Assembly (NCBI RefSeq): GCF_963921235.1
Contig: NC_086106.1
Span: forward strand, 24,180,001 to 24,244,000
Length of the DNA: 64,000 bases
From: Mobula hypostoma
Taxonomy: Eukaryota
Reading direction: 5' to 3'
Made by a program: the position numbers and the translations under genes. This document shows positions 40,257-53,599 of the stretch, piece by piece. The notes under the pieces were generated by a model that saw nothing but the letters and a program-made list of their open reading frames with translations, was not told where the DNA came from and searched no databases. The number at the start of each line of letters is the position of its first letter. Within the stretch, counting starts at the first letter, position 1.

Positions 40257-41231
40257 ACGTGGTATTCATTCGTTCATCTATCTATCTATTTATTTATTTA
40301 TTTATTTATTTATTTGCTTACTTACTTACTTTTTTTTACTTATTTATATATATATATATATTTCTTTCTAATTACAACAGTATTCCTGGCCGGTAAGTTG
40401 TATTTTTTTTTTTTTTTTTTTTGCCGTTTCGAACATTACGCGTTTCATCCGTGCAGAACTGCTTAAGTTCTCAGTCAATACCGCAAACCAATATTGACAA
40501 CGGCAGGTAAACAATCAGAGCAGCGCAAACGGTGTGCGGCTGCAGATCTTCTCCAACTGACATTGTAATGGTTCATAGGAGCTTCGAAGGCGAGTATAGT
40601 TGACTCCATTACTACTTCTCACGGTGAAACATCATGTCTTTTTTTTTCCGCTTGGAATGTAATGGAGAACTGCAGACTCTAATAAAGGAGGTTGGGCGGC
40701 ATTATATATTTTGTTTCATTTTTTTTCTTATTTCCTTTGTTTTTTTTTAATAATTGAATTAAATTCCCCATATCTCCTTACCTGACATCCCTGCGAATCT
40801 CTGCAGGATGGATATTTAGAACTGAATTCTCCACACCCTCAATTCAGAACAGTAGAAAATATCATATGACGTTTAGCAGGGTGGTATTATTTATGTGAAA
40901 TATGTTTCGGACTCTTTCATGATATGGTCAAGGCGATGTCATTTATCTGACAGCTGCTACGTCCACAACGATTGACGGGAGTGACGCTGTGTTGAACTGT
41001 AACTAATCTACTACAAGCACTGGCAATTTTGCGTTACGTATTATGGTACCGTCAGTATCCCGGTGGTTATCCGGTGCTCCTATTGCACCGGACGAAATAT
41101 GACGGTAACCAAAAGGAAATTCCAGGACAACGTTTCAGGACGCAGCTGGATGATTTGATGGGAACTGTCCCACTGACTGTGTCTGAAGTACAGCTAGCAG
41201 ACGTGGCCACATACTTCTGTGCGCTGAAACC
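40257..41231 (+). pseudogene. Family-2 TCR alpha/delta V pseudogene (leader 40257-40392, V exon 40921-41231)
   Basis: Homologous to V2 and V3. Lesions: ACG at the start-codon position, microsatellite in the leader, acceptor CAG changed to CAT (40918-40920), TAA at 41004-41006, +4-nt frameshift before WYRQ. Downstream frame reads WYRQYPGG...DVATYFCALK. Confidence 0.92.
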
Positions 41232-41270
41232 AACAAAGGCAAATACCTAATCGGTGATAGTAGAAAAACC
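41232..41270 (+). other. Defective 23-RSS of the pseudo-V
   Basis: AACAAAG (first C of CAC lost) + 23 nt + AGAAAAACC. Confidence 0.85.
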
Positions 41271-44200
41271 TACATGGTCTTCCAAGATTCATCTGGTTGT
41301 AAGTGCAACTTCGTGTGCAGCTGCAAATCTAAGCTTGTCCGGCAATTTGGCCTATACCCATATGTTTAGGTCATTATTATTCAGCTTTGAATATACTAAT
41401 CTGCATAGTTTTAACCAGTTACTTCTGAATCTGCTGTCCTGCACATTTTTCAAAATGATCCCAATACAGTTATTCAAAGCAGCTAAAGAAAGCACACTGA
41501 AGGTTTGTTGTTTTATCTGTTTCCTAAATGCGATATTCTCTGTTGCAGAAAGGTAGATTCAGTTTTAATGTTGAATCAGGTTCACTGGTCTGGCAGTTGA
41601 GAATGAAATCGCACTGTGTTCCAATAGGTTTGCTGATCATTAATTTAACAAACAGTAATTATTTGACCAAGCGTTCGTTTCCCCCAAGTTGCAACCTCTA
41701 AAAAGCTGAATATTCAAAAATATGCGAACATTAAAGGAACATACTATGATGTAAGTGTTCACAGTGTATACTTTCCTATCATCGTAAGCATCATTGTCTA
41801 AAACAAAGGTAGAACACTGGCAGACCCTTCTGCAGGCCGTTTTATATTCCCAAGACATTTGAAACTGGATACGAGGCAGCTACTCCATGGGAAATGCAGC
41901 TGCACCTTCTAAATAAACAAATCATAACCGAACACGAGGAATTCTGCAGATGCTGGAAATTCAAGCAACACACATCAAAGTTGCTGGTGAACGCAGCAGG
42001 CCAGGCATAACCGAAGTGTTTTTTGAATAGCAGAATAATCCACGGTCCCACAGGGCCACCGACCCATCGAAAGTTGCGAACGAAATTATCCAACCCTCAG
42101 AGGAGTGTAACTTTCACGACCTCCGTACTAAGTTTATAAACGAAAGACAAGAGTACAATATCCAGTACCGTAATCAAATAGTCACCCTCTAGTGTATTAT
42201 AGTAGTCCAAAAGGCCAGCGGCTTTAACGTGAAGTGTAACAGCTAACGAAACGTGTCTCCCACTTAATCTAATACACTGACTCTCATGTATGACCAACCA
42301 AGTTGTGTGATGTTCACCAGCCCATCAGGAATGCAGGTGCAGCAATTTAAGCAGTGGCAGTACAAGTGTAAGGTTTCTTTCCGAGCATGAAATCGAAGCT
42401 TCATTTCGCGAGACCCTCAGGCCGTACCATGCTGAGAAGACTATCATTCAACACATCGGTCCTACATAACAGCCCTAATACCGACCAGAATAGAAAAGAT
42501 GTTTATTCATTGCACTGGGTGGAAGATATAGAGAACCACATAGCAATGACACCTGTTTGTGAAACCAATTGGTAGGCCGAAGGACTTCATGTACAATAAG
42601 TGTCATTCAGCTTCTAACACGTTCCCAGCCTCAGTACACAATTTGGCACAATTAGAGATATCCCAAGCTACTCTTCCTGCTCACACCTGCCTTCGACTGC
42701 GCACCTTGTCGCTGTGCTGAACATACCACCGACATCAACACTTTGTCAGGAGGGAATTTTCATTTTATGAGACTGAAAATTGCAACTATATAAATTGTGT
42801 ACAGGGAAATACAAGCCCTCAAAAGAGTCTCTCCAGCAGGGCTCATGTCCCATAAGACTGCAACATTACGGATGAGGTTGTTGCAATATTCTATCACCAT
42901 TCAAATCACAAAAAGTAAATGGAAACTCATGAGAGGACAGATAATTTTCCAGCTGCAGTTCTTTTTTTAATCGTCAAAGAGATGGAAATCAATGGAACTC
43001 TTTTGTGATGTCGTAAGGAATCTTCTTAGAAATCTGACCCATCCGCTCGAATGCCATCCACAGGAGTGTATAACAGGATTGCCCACTACACATTGCCATT
43101 CAGCACTTTGAAATTCTGTAATGTAGGGTGATGCATACGCAGTTGCTCCTGATTAATTACTGGACATAAAGAAAACACAAAATAAAACAATGAAACTGCG
43201 AGTATTGCTTCCGAATTTTTCAGTTCCCTTTCAAATCTGGACATGTTTGCCTTCATCAAAGGAAAAATAGAGCATGAGTCTTCCACGTGCTGATTTATAT
43301 ACCCAAGATATCTGAACTGGACAGCAGGCACGTATCCAATGGAAAAAAAAACCGTAGCAGCTTCTAAATTACCTAGTCTCAACGGCGACAGTCAGAATAA
43401 GTCTCGCCCCACAGGATAGCAGTACAGCAACACTTTCTGTGGGAGGGTCACGCGTTGTCCCGTATATATAACTGTGTGGAAATGTTGCCTGCTTCCGCTT
43501 TTATTTCATCCAATAAATATTACTGATTACACCTTTTTCTGATATTACCTACCTTTATCTTCATTCCCATCTAATCTGCAAATACGTTATACTGAGCAAC
43601 AGCAAACTAATATTGCAGGTGGTTGAGTCCGCACTTAGCAGTGACAAGTATCTGAATACGTTTGTACCAGAAGAATGTGTTTATTGTCTCACAGTACTAT
43701 ACACTGAGACAATAAAACAATGAGCTCTTTTGAAGGTGCAGCATAGCTTTTGCTAAACGCTGCCCAGCTGAAAGCACATACTTATGGAGCGTATTTATTT
43801 GCAGTTCCATCACATTCGGTTTGTATTGAAAAAAAAAAGGTTCAGATATATGAACAGACGGTCCGTATAGGGCACCGGCTGAGAGACCTGCAACCAAAGT
43901 GTGAACGGACACAACGTAACAGGGAATGGTGCAACAGGAACAGCATATCACAATATGTTTTCGGAACTGGAATAATTTAAAAATAAATCTTCCTTAAATG
44001 GAGTCTTTGTGACGAGTAACTGGGGAAGTGCCAGGACACAGCTAAATGGGGGTGTGGCAAGTTTAATGGGAATAAGTTTTCTGCATCTACAATGTTGCTG
44101 AGTATCGTGACTTGGCAAATTTGAAGTAATATGAACACTCCAAATCTATTGTTAGTTGTAAGATTATAAAATGGTTTGATGTTGCGCTAAAGGTGGAATA

Positions 44201-44629
44201 TATGATATGTCCGTAAATGAAGGACTGTGCTGGGTTATATAGTCTTTGACTGTGGTGAAAACTGTACAGACTGAAGAGTGATGAATCCCCTGAACAAGAA
44301 ACCCGATAATAGAACCTATAAATTGGTCCAGGTTTGCTAAATAAATCTGGACAACACTTTGCTCCTTCCAGTTTAGTACTTCATAGATATAAATGGGAGA
44401 AATGCGCGCCGGTACGACAGAGAACATTTTACTGCAAGAGTATTTACATAGACTTGGCAGAAGAAAGCGCAGCCAGGGACAGACAGTGTCATGTCCATGA
44501 ACGGTTATCGCTTCTGTCACAGTGGAGTCAAAGGTCCCACACTAGCGAATTAAGGAAAGGTTTCACTCTTCAGCGTTGTAGTTCCTGAGTGGGCGTGCAG
44601 AACTTCACTCAGCTCATTCCGGATCTGAT

Positions 44630-45865
44630 TGCCATAACGGTGAGCGTTGGGAACGGACCCAAATGGAAGACACAGACTCTGGGGTACTAGGAGCAGGACT
44701 AAGTGAGACAAGGAAGCAAGAGAAGTGGGGAAGAAACGACGTTCAACAACACACAGGCCCTGGAAGAGGCGAGGACACAGGCCCTGGCCTGGGACTAGAC
44801 TAGGGAAGCGGGACATGGACGAGTAAATAGGAACTAGGAACCTGGACAAGGACTCCGAGCCACATATTGGACAGGGATCCGGAACCTAGGTCTTGACTCG
44901 AGCTCGGACCCGGATCTAGGCGAGGACAAGACCTGGCTACAGGGCGAGGAGTGACAACAGGACTGGTCGTGAGACTCCTGGACAGTAGGACGGATCCCCA
45001 GCACCGGACGAGGGAACTCCAGCAGCGGGCTGGCCAAGGTACTATTGGGCTGGGTGAGACACATGGACAGGACGAGAACACGAAGCCTTGACTTGGTCGA
45101 GGGAAACAAGAACGCAGAACCTTTGTCGAGGGAGAACAGGTACGCAGAGCTTTGGTCGAGGGAGAACAGGTACGCGGTCCTTGGTCGTGAGAGAACAAGA
45201 ATATGGAACACAGAACCCGGACCCCTCCTTGGGAACAGGACTTGGGGCCGGGGCTCTATACAGAGACAGGACCCCTCCTAGAGAGCAGGACGTAGAGCCA
45301 AGACTCATACACAGAACACTGAGAGACAGATCACCACTCAAGGTAGCGGTAAACGGCCGGACCTACTCAGCGGAGGCGAGAGCACAAAGAGGCGGTTGCC
45401 AGCACAAGATAGCGGCAAACGGTCGGACAAACGCAGCGAAGGCGTGGACACAGAGACAGTTCCCAACTCGACGTAGTGGCAAACGGCAGGTCCTTCCTAG
45501 CGAAGGCGAGGACACAAAGAAACAATTCCAAACAACCAAACACAGTTCCTTATCTAAACACAGCAAGGCCCCGATCTGACCCTAGAGGTTGTAACTGACG
45601 GCGTTACCGGGAGGACCCAGGCGAAGGTAGCAGCCGTGGCTTCAGGCGGAGGTCGCAGGCGATGCCTCAGAAGCAAGGGGAAGGGGAAGGAACAGTCCAG
45701 CAATTCAAGCTGAGGCATGAGCTATTTATGTAGCCAGCCCAAATGAGTGTCATGGGCTTCAATATAGACACCCAAGAGAACAACGGAAAACCGGAAAACC
45801 TGGAATAGGGATCAATGGATTGATCCGTGGAACAGAATGCGGAGTTCAAGGACCGAGCCATGACA
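44630..45865 (-). mobile_element. Solo LTR, family B copy 2
   Basis: TGCCAT...ATGACA termini, TSD CTGAT/CTCAT. The paralogous empty site ctgattgcataac is seen near 57407. Both ends align with 31791-33141. Three 30-bp tandem units at about 45090-45190. Confidence 0.8.
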
Positions 45866-46067
45866 CTCATTGCATAACTGACAGACTCACTTTAATAATA
45901 ACTCGTAGTCGCAGCAATATTTTTGTTTTAATTTGCCCCTGTTGTTTTCTTTTATACGCTAATTGTGTGCCCGTCTATAGTTACGCATATTGTAACTATT
46001 TATTTTCTAATTATCTACGACAGCACCATCTTCAACTATTAAATTTAAAGGCTACTAGGGCATTCTG

Positions 46068-47510
46068 GGGAGATTCTGTAGCTGGCGAATTTGCGGAGAC
46101 ATTAATAATGATCTATCAAGAACCGATAATTCAGGCAAGTATGGGATGACTGGAAATTTGCAATTGTTACTCTGCTATTCAAGAAAGGTGGGAAGCAGCA
46201 GAAAGGAAACGATAGACCAGTTAGCCTTGTTGGAAAGTTGTTGTAATCGATAGTTAGGGATCAGGTGACCGAGCACCTGGAGGCACATAATAAGGTATGC
46301 CAAAATCAGCGTGGTTTCCTAAAAGGAAATCCTGCGTGAGTAGCCTACTGCATTTTTATGCAATGTATAAACAGGATAGAGAAAGGAGATGCAGAGCCTG
46401 AGGTTTACTTAGATTTTCAGAAGGGTTTTGACAAGGTGCCGTATAGGAGGCTGCTTCGCAAGGTAAGAGCCCATGGAATTACAGGAAAGTTACTAGCATG
46501 GGTGGAACATTTGTTGATCGGCAGAAAACAGGCAGTGGAATTAAAGTGATCCTCTCCTGGCTGGTTGCCTGTTACCAGTGGAGTTCCAGAGGGGGCGAAC
46601 ACTGCTTTCTACGATGTATGTCAATGGCTTGGACTATGGGATTACTGGACTTGTGGCGAAGTGTGCCGATGATGCAAAGATAGATGGAGGAGTGTGCAGC
46701 ACGAAACAGAGTCTGCAGGGAGACTGAGGTAGTTTAGAGTAAGGAGTAAAAAAAGTGGCAATTGAAATACAATGTTGGAAAGTTTGGTCGAAGGAAAAAC
46801 GGCCAGACAATTATTTAGATGGAGAGAGAATTCAAAACGCATAGATAGAAAGGGACTTGTTTGTTCATGTGCGGAATACCCTAAAGGTTAACCTCCAGTT
46901 GAGGCTCTATAAGGCACTCGTGAGACGACACTTGGAGTATTGTGTGCAGTCTTAGACTCCTCTTTATCTTAGAAAGTATATACTGACATTTGAGAGGGTT
47001 CAGAGAAGATTCACCAGAATAATTCCAGGAATGAAAGGGGTGCCATAAGAGGAACGTCTAGCAGCTCTTGGGCTGTATTACCTGGAATTCAGGGGAATGA
47101 GCGGGGATCCTATAGAAGCGTTCCGAATGTTGAAAGGTCTGAACAGATTAGATATGGTAAAGTTATTTCCCATGTTAGGGGGAGTCTTGGACAAGAGGGC
47201 AGGATTGAAGGACGGCCAGTCAGAACAGAGATGCGGAGAAAATACGTTAGTCAGAGGCTGAAAAATTTGCTTTTTTTTTGCTTTTTTTTTTGCCACGAGC
47301 GTCTATGGAGGATAAGTCACTCGGTGCATTTAAGACAGAAATAGACAGGTTCCTTATTAGCCAGGGCATTTCAAAGTAATGGGTTGAAGGTAGTGGAGTT
47401 GGGATGACTGTAAGAATTTGATCAGCGAGGAGTGAGTGGCGAAGCAGACTCTGTGGGCTGAATGACCTGCTTCTGCTCCTATATCTTACGGTCTTATTGT
47501 CTTAATCTTA
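46068..47510 (+). mobile_element. 5'-truncated CR1 LINE, decayed
   Basis: VYLDFQKGFDKVP and related RT fragments, CR1 3' end with a (TCTTA)-type tail at about 47483-47510. Confidence 0.85.
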
Positions 47511-47519
47511 TTTAATTTG

Positions 47520-50500
47520 AATGGAAAACGGCCAGTGAGTGAGTGGGCCAGTGAAGGAGTGGAGCTTTGAGGTTTTGACTCGAGAGATTCTTGCAGTTTT
47601 GGCAGTTGGTCTGTGCAGTCAAGTCAATCAAGTTTAGAATAGATCAGCAGAAAGCCGATGATTAGGCAATCAAAATTTGAATAGCTCAGACACAGCCGAA
47701 AGCAGCTGAATGGGCAATCGAGGTCAGGCAAACAAGCATTTTGAAAAGCTCAAACAGATAAATAGAGGGATAGCTCCAGAGAAGCGGCCTGTGGAAAGCG
47801 GCCACTGAGTGAGTAGGCAACTGAAGGAGTGGAGTTTTGAGCCTTTGACTCGAGAGGCTTCAATGTGAAGAGGCGGAGGATAAGCTTGCTCGCAGTTTGT
47901 CTTTACAATGTCTCCTGAGACGGTATGTACCTCTCATGTGGGAAGAGGCAGTCTTGGGGGAACGCCCCTCTCCCGCAGAGTCACATCTGCCAAAAGTGCT
48001 TCGACTGGGCGATCTGGAAGACCGGGTAAGGAATATGGAGCAGCATCTGGATGACCTTCGACTCATAAGGGAGAATGAGGCAGTCATAGATCAGAGCTAC
48101 AGGGATGTAGTCACACCTAGGCTGTCGGAAGCAGGTCGTTGGATGGCATTCGGGGGGGGGGGGAGCGAAAGCGAGCAGACAGGTAGTGCAGAGCACCCCT
48201 GTAGCTATTCCCCTAAATAATAAGTTTATTGTCCCAGATATTGTTGGCGGGAACGACCGACCAGGTGTGAGCCACGGTGGCAGGGCCTCCGGCATTGAGT
48301 CCGACACGGTGGTGCAGAAGGGTGGGTCTGAGAAGAGGAGTGCTGACTTCATTGGAGACTCTATGGTCAGTGGAGCAGACAGGAGACCTGGTGGACGTGA
48401 GAAGGACACCCGCATGGTTTGTTGCCTCCCGGGTGCCTGGGTCCGGGATGTTAATGACCGGGTGCACGACATCCTAGTACGAGAGGGAAAGCAACCAGCA
48501 GTCGTGATACATGTAGGGCCCAACGGCATAGGCAGGAATAGGGATGAGGTCCTGTAGTGTGAGTTTCGGGAACAATGCAGAAGGCTGTCGAGGAGAACCG
48601 CAAGGTTGGCGTTCTCAAGATTGCTACCTGTGCTACGTGACAGTGATGGTAAGAACTGGAGGAGATGGCAGTTGAATACGTGGCTGAGGAGTTGATGCAG
48701 GGAGCAGGGTATTAGATTTTTGGATCACTGAAGTCTCTTCTGGGGAAGGAGGGACTTGTACAGATTGGATGGGTTGCACCTGAACTCGAGGGCGCAGTAA
48801 TGTCCTTCCAGTTAGGCTTGCTAACATGGTTCGGGAGAGTTTAAACTTATTTGCAAGAAGGATGTGACCCAGGCCAATATAAAAAGTGACAGAAGTCACA
48901 TATAGAAAGGCTTTGGGAAAGGGAAGCAGAATAAACGGTGTAAAGACAGTAAGGTAAAAGTGCTAAAGTGTGTGTACCTCAATGCAAGAAGCATCAGGAA
49001 CAAACGGATGAAACGAGAGCTTGGATACATACATGGAATTATGATGTAGTGGCCATAACAGAGACTTGGCTGGCACCAGGTCAGGAATGGGTGCTCAATA
49101 TTCCTGGATTTCAGTGCTTTAAAAGGGATAGAGTGGGCGGGAAAAGGCGGAAAAGGGGTGGCATTGCTGGCCAAGGACACTATTAGAGCTACAGATATGG
49201 TGGGTACTGTAGAAAGATCCTGTTTTAAGTCAGCATGCGTGGAAGTCAGGAACAGGAAGGGAGCAGCTATTCTATTGAGGGTATTCTTTAGGCCACCTGG
49301 TTTCAGAAAAGATACAGAGGAGCAGATTGGGATGCAGATTTTGGAAAGGTGCGAAAATAACAGAGTTGTTATCATGGGTGACTTTAACTTCCCTAATATT
49401 GATTGGCAGCTGATTACTTCCAAGGGTATAGATGGGGCAGAGGTTGTTAAGTGTGTCCACGACGGATTCCTGTCACAGTATGTGGACAGGCCGATTACGG
49501 GGAATGCCATACCAGATCTGGTATTAGAGAATCAACCGGGTCAGTTCACAGATCTCTCAGTGGGTGAGCATCTGGGGGACAGTGACCACTGCTCCCTGGA
49601 CTTTACCATTATCATGGAAAAGGATGGATTCAGAGAGGAGAGGTCAATGTTTAATTGGGGAAGGGTAAATTATGAGGCTATAAGTCTGGAACTTGCGGGT
49701 GTGAATTGGAATGATGTTCTTTTTTGCAGGGAAATATACTATGGACTTGTGGGCGTTGTTTAGAGATCTCTTGCAGGATGTTAGGGATAAAATTGTCCCG
49801 GTGAGGAAAATAAAGAATGGTAGGGTGAAGGACCATGGGTGACAAGTGAGGTGGACGATCTAGTCAGGTGGAAGAAGACAGGATACATGAGATTTAGGAA
49901 CCAGGATCAGATGGGTCTATTGAGTGATATAGGGAAGCAAGAAAGGAGCTTAAGAAGGAGGTGAGAAGAGCATGAAGGGGGTATGAGAAGGCCTTGGCGA
50001 GTAGGGTAAAGGAAAACCCCAAAGCATTCTTCAATTTTGTGAAGAAAAAGAAGGATGACAGGAGTGAAGATAGTACCGATTAGAGATAAAGTTGGGAAAA
50101 TGAGCCTGGAGGCTGTGGAAGTGAGCGAGGTGAATACTTATCTTCGGTATTCACCAATTAGAGGGAACGTGATGAAAGTGAGGACAATTTGAGTGATATT
50201 GATGTTCTGGAGCATATTGATATTAAGGGAGAGGAGTTGTTGGAGCTGTTAAAATACATCAGGACGGATAAGTCCTCGGGGCCTGAGGGAATGTTCCCCA
50301 GGCTACTCCATGAGGCGAGGGAAGAGATTTGTGAGCCTGTGGCTAGGATTTTCTGTCCTCGTTGCCCACGGGAATGGAATCGGAGGATTGGAGGGAGGGG
50401 AATGTTGTCCCCTTGTTTAAAAAGGTTAGTAGGGTTAGTCCGGGTAATTACAGCCCAGTGAGCTTTACGTCTGTGGTGAGAAATCTGCTGGAAAAGAAAC

Positions 50501-51816
50501 TTAGAGATAGGATCTCTGGGCATTTAGAGAATCATGGTCAGATCAGGGACAGTGAGCATGGCTTTGTGAAGGACAGAACGTGTCTAACAAGCCTGATAGA
50601 GTTCTTTGAGGAGGTGACCAGGCATATATATGAGGGTAGTACAGTGGATGTGATCTATATGGAATTAAGTAAGGCATTTGACAAGGTTCGACACGGCAGT
50701 CTTATTCAGAAAGTCACAAGCAATGTGATCCAGGGAAGTTTGACCATGTGAATTCAGAATTGGCTTGCCTGCAGAACGCAGAGGGTCGTGCTGGAGGGAG
50801 TACATTCAGATTGGAGGAATGTGTCTAGTTGTATCCCAAAGGATCTGTTCTGGGACCTCTACTTTTCGTGATTTTTATCAACGGCCTGGATGTGGGGGTA
50901 GAAGGGTAGGTTGGGAAGTTTACAGACGACACAAAGGTTGGTGGTGTTGTAGATAGTGTAGAGGATTGTCAAAAATTGCGGAGAGACACTGATAGGATGC
51001 AGAAGTGGGCTGAGAAGTGGCAGATGGAGTTCAACCCGGAGAAGTGTGAGGTGGTACACTTTGGAAAGACAAACTCCAAGGCAGAGTACAAAGTAAATGG
51101 CAGGATACATGGTAGTGGGGAGGAGCAGAGCGATCTGGGTGTACATGTCCATAGATCCCTGAAAGTTGCCTCACAGATGGATAGGGTAACTAAGAAAGCT
51201 TATGTGGTGTTAGTTTTTATAAGTCGAGGGATAGAGTTTAAGAGTCGCGATGTAATGATGCAGCTCTATAACACTCTGGTTAGGCCACACTTTGAGTACT
51301 GTGTCCAGTTCTGGTCGCCTCACTATATGAAGGATGTGAAAACTTTGGAAAGGGTACAGAGGATATTTAGCAGGTTGCTGCCTGGTTTAGAGCAAATGCT
51401 TTATGATCACAAATTGGAGCAGCTAGGGTTTTACTCTTTGGAGAGAAGGATGTTGAGAGGAGACATGATAGAGGTGTACAGGATAATAACAGGAATAGAT
51501 AGAGTGGATAGCCAGCACCTCTTACCCAGGGCACCACTGCTCAATACAAAAGGACATGGCTTTAAGGTAAGGGGTGGGAAGTTCAAGGGGGATATTAGAG
51601 GAAGGTTTTCTACTCTGATAGTGGTTGGTGCGTGGAATGCACTGTCTGTGTCAGTGGTGGAGGCAAATACACTAGTGAAGTTTAATAGACTACTAGACAG
51701 ATATATGGAGGAATTTAAGGTGGGTCTTATATGGGAGACAGGTTTTGAGAGTCGGCACAACATTGTGGGCCGAAGTGCCTGTACTGTGATGTACTATTCT
51801 ATGTTCTATGTTCTAT
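47520..51816 (+). mobile_element. Near-full-length CR1 LINE (5' UTR, ORF1 with esterase, ORF2), decayed
   Basis: ORF1: LEDRVRNMEQHLDDLRLIRENE and FIGDSMV...CCLPGA.V.D...VIHVG.N.IG (SGNH-like). ORF2 endonuclease at about 48950-49600 and RT at 50362-51821. (CTATGTT)n tail at about 51797-51816. Confidence 0.93.
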
Positions 51817-52372
51817 ATTAGAAATAATTTTGTTTGCAAATCCTTTACGTCAATTGATGCAAGAATGGGACACCATTGCGGAGGGTCGAAGGGATGGCCT
51901 GGACATAAATAGTCCAGTAAATATTGTTTTCCATCCTTGACTCAAAAGAACAGGGTATCGGCTTAAGTTGGGAGAATGCATGCTAAACGGAGAAATAAAT
52001 GATAACTGTTTTTATCAAAAAAAAGAGGTTGTGGCTTATATCTCTAACTTGCAGGCAAAGAGGGTCATCTAAAGACGTTGACCTATGGTATTTCAGGTGT
52101 ATAAACTGGCAATGGAAAGTGGGTGTATCCGCAACATAGAAAGATGAAGTTGGGCGAGATGGCATCCTGCGGAAATTCAGTTTTCTTTAACGAAATACCT
52201 ATTGAGTCGATGCCAACTGACGCTTTATCGTTATCCTGCTTAAACTGTGCTGTATGTCTCCTTAAACGACTTGGAATTTTGCGGTACCTCAGTTAGGGAA
52301 AGCACCTTGTGTTTTTCGACTGTAATGGATCGGAACATGCCAAATACATGTTTTTTTTTCTATGTGATTCTA

Positions 52373-52386
52373 CGATGTCACTTCCG
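52373..52386 (+). promoter_or_regulatory. CRE-decamer-like plus ETS motif upstream of V2
   Basis: cgatgtcacttccg: reverse complement AGTGACATCG overlapping CGGAAGTG. Confidence 0.4.
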
Positions 52387-52696
52387 ATTCTTCCATACTT
52401 GCATGCAGTTCAAACTATTGCACGGAAGAAGTAATGTACGCGTGGTCTCGTGTTATCTGTCACGATTGAATTGGTTGGTTGTACTGAGGAACGAAAACGT
52501 AGGGAGGGTCTGGACGACTTAAGGAACTGAGTTGATTCTGGGTGTTTGAGAAGAAACTAACTTTGTGCTACGCGTTTGCGTCCAATAATATAACGAGAAG
52601 AGAAGAAAGACATCACACTCCTTCCGAATTTCTAAACAACACCTTCTTTGCTAGAAAGATTAGTTCGGTGGAAATTCATAGTCAGTGGATAGAAGC

Positions 52697-52748
52697 ATGT
52701 TGATTCGATTTATATGTTCGTTTCTTATTGCAACAATAGTCTCGTTCG
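52697..52748 (+). CDS. V2 leader exon
   Basis: MLIRFICSFLIATIVSF plus G (52 nt, phase 1), donor GTAAGT. A 505-bp intron ends at tttcag 53253. Confidence 0.9.
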
Positions 52749-53253
52749 GTAAGTTTTTGGCGTTCGAACATTGCGGCTCGTGTCCATGGAGTGTAGCTTA
52801 ATGTATTAGTCAATACCAGCAATGCAATGTTGAGAAGGACATGGAAGCAGTCAGTGGAGCAGAAAAGGTCTACGGCTCCAGTTATTCTGTAACTTACATT
52901 TTAATATTTGAGAAGAGTTTAGAAGGCGATTGTGACTGAGTCGATTGCTTCTTCTGACTTTCTGATTGCTTCTTCTGATATCCCGCTGGAATGTAATGGA
53001 GAAATGCACATATGCCAATAGAAAAGTTTCGAAAGATGTTTGTTTTTTCTTCTTTTCTTTTCATTTTTAATAATTGAATTTAATTGACCACATGCCCTTT
53101 CTTGGTGTCACCACACAACTCTGCGGGATGGATATGTATAACTAAATCTCTCCACCCGCTTCGCATGTCGGTTGAAGAGATCATAAGGCGATCCGAAGTG
53201 TACGTTCTGCAGGATATAATTGTTTATTTCAAATATGTTTTTGACTCTTTCAG

Positions 53254-53560
53254 GATACGGTCGAGGCGATGCCGTTTTTCAGACACCTGTTACGGCCACA
53301 GTAATTGAAGGGGTTGACGTGTTGTTGAACTGTAACTATACTACTACAATCACAAGCAACGTTGCATTATTCTGGTATCGTCAGTATGCCGGCGGATCTC
53401 CGGAGCTCCTTTTGAGACGGACGAATTACGACAGTAACCAAAATGAAACTCCAGGCCAACGTTTCACAGCGCAGCTGGATGTTTCGAGGGGAACTGTCCC
53501 ACTGACCGTGTCCGAGGCACAACTGGGAGATGCGGCCTTATATTTCTGCGCTCTGAGCCA
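53254..53560 (+). CDS. V2: family-2 TCR alpha/delta V exon, open frame
   Basis: (G)YGRG-DAVFQTPVTATVIEGVDVLLNCNYTTTITSNVALFWYRQYAGGSPELLLRRTNYDSNQNETPGQRFTAQLDVSRGTVPLTVSEAQLGDAALYFCALS; 307 nt. Confidence 0.92.
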
Positions 53561-53599
53561 CACAAAGGCATAAACCTTATCTGTGATTGTACAAAAACT
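53561..53599 (+). other. 23-RSS of V2 (non-canonical heptamer)
   Basis: CACAAAG + 23 nt (gcataaaccttatctgtgattgt) + ACAAAAACT. Confidence 0.9.

Noticed and set aside
53254-53573. Unrearranged V2/V3 read through the RSS to a nearby stop, suggesting a secreted single V domain
   Set aside because: Any germline V meets a stop soon after the RSS. Stop positions differ between paralogs and there is no evidence of selection.
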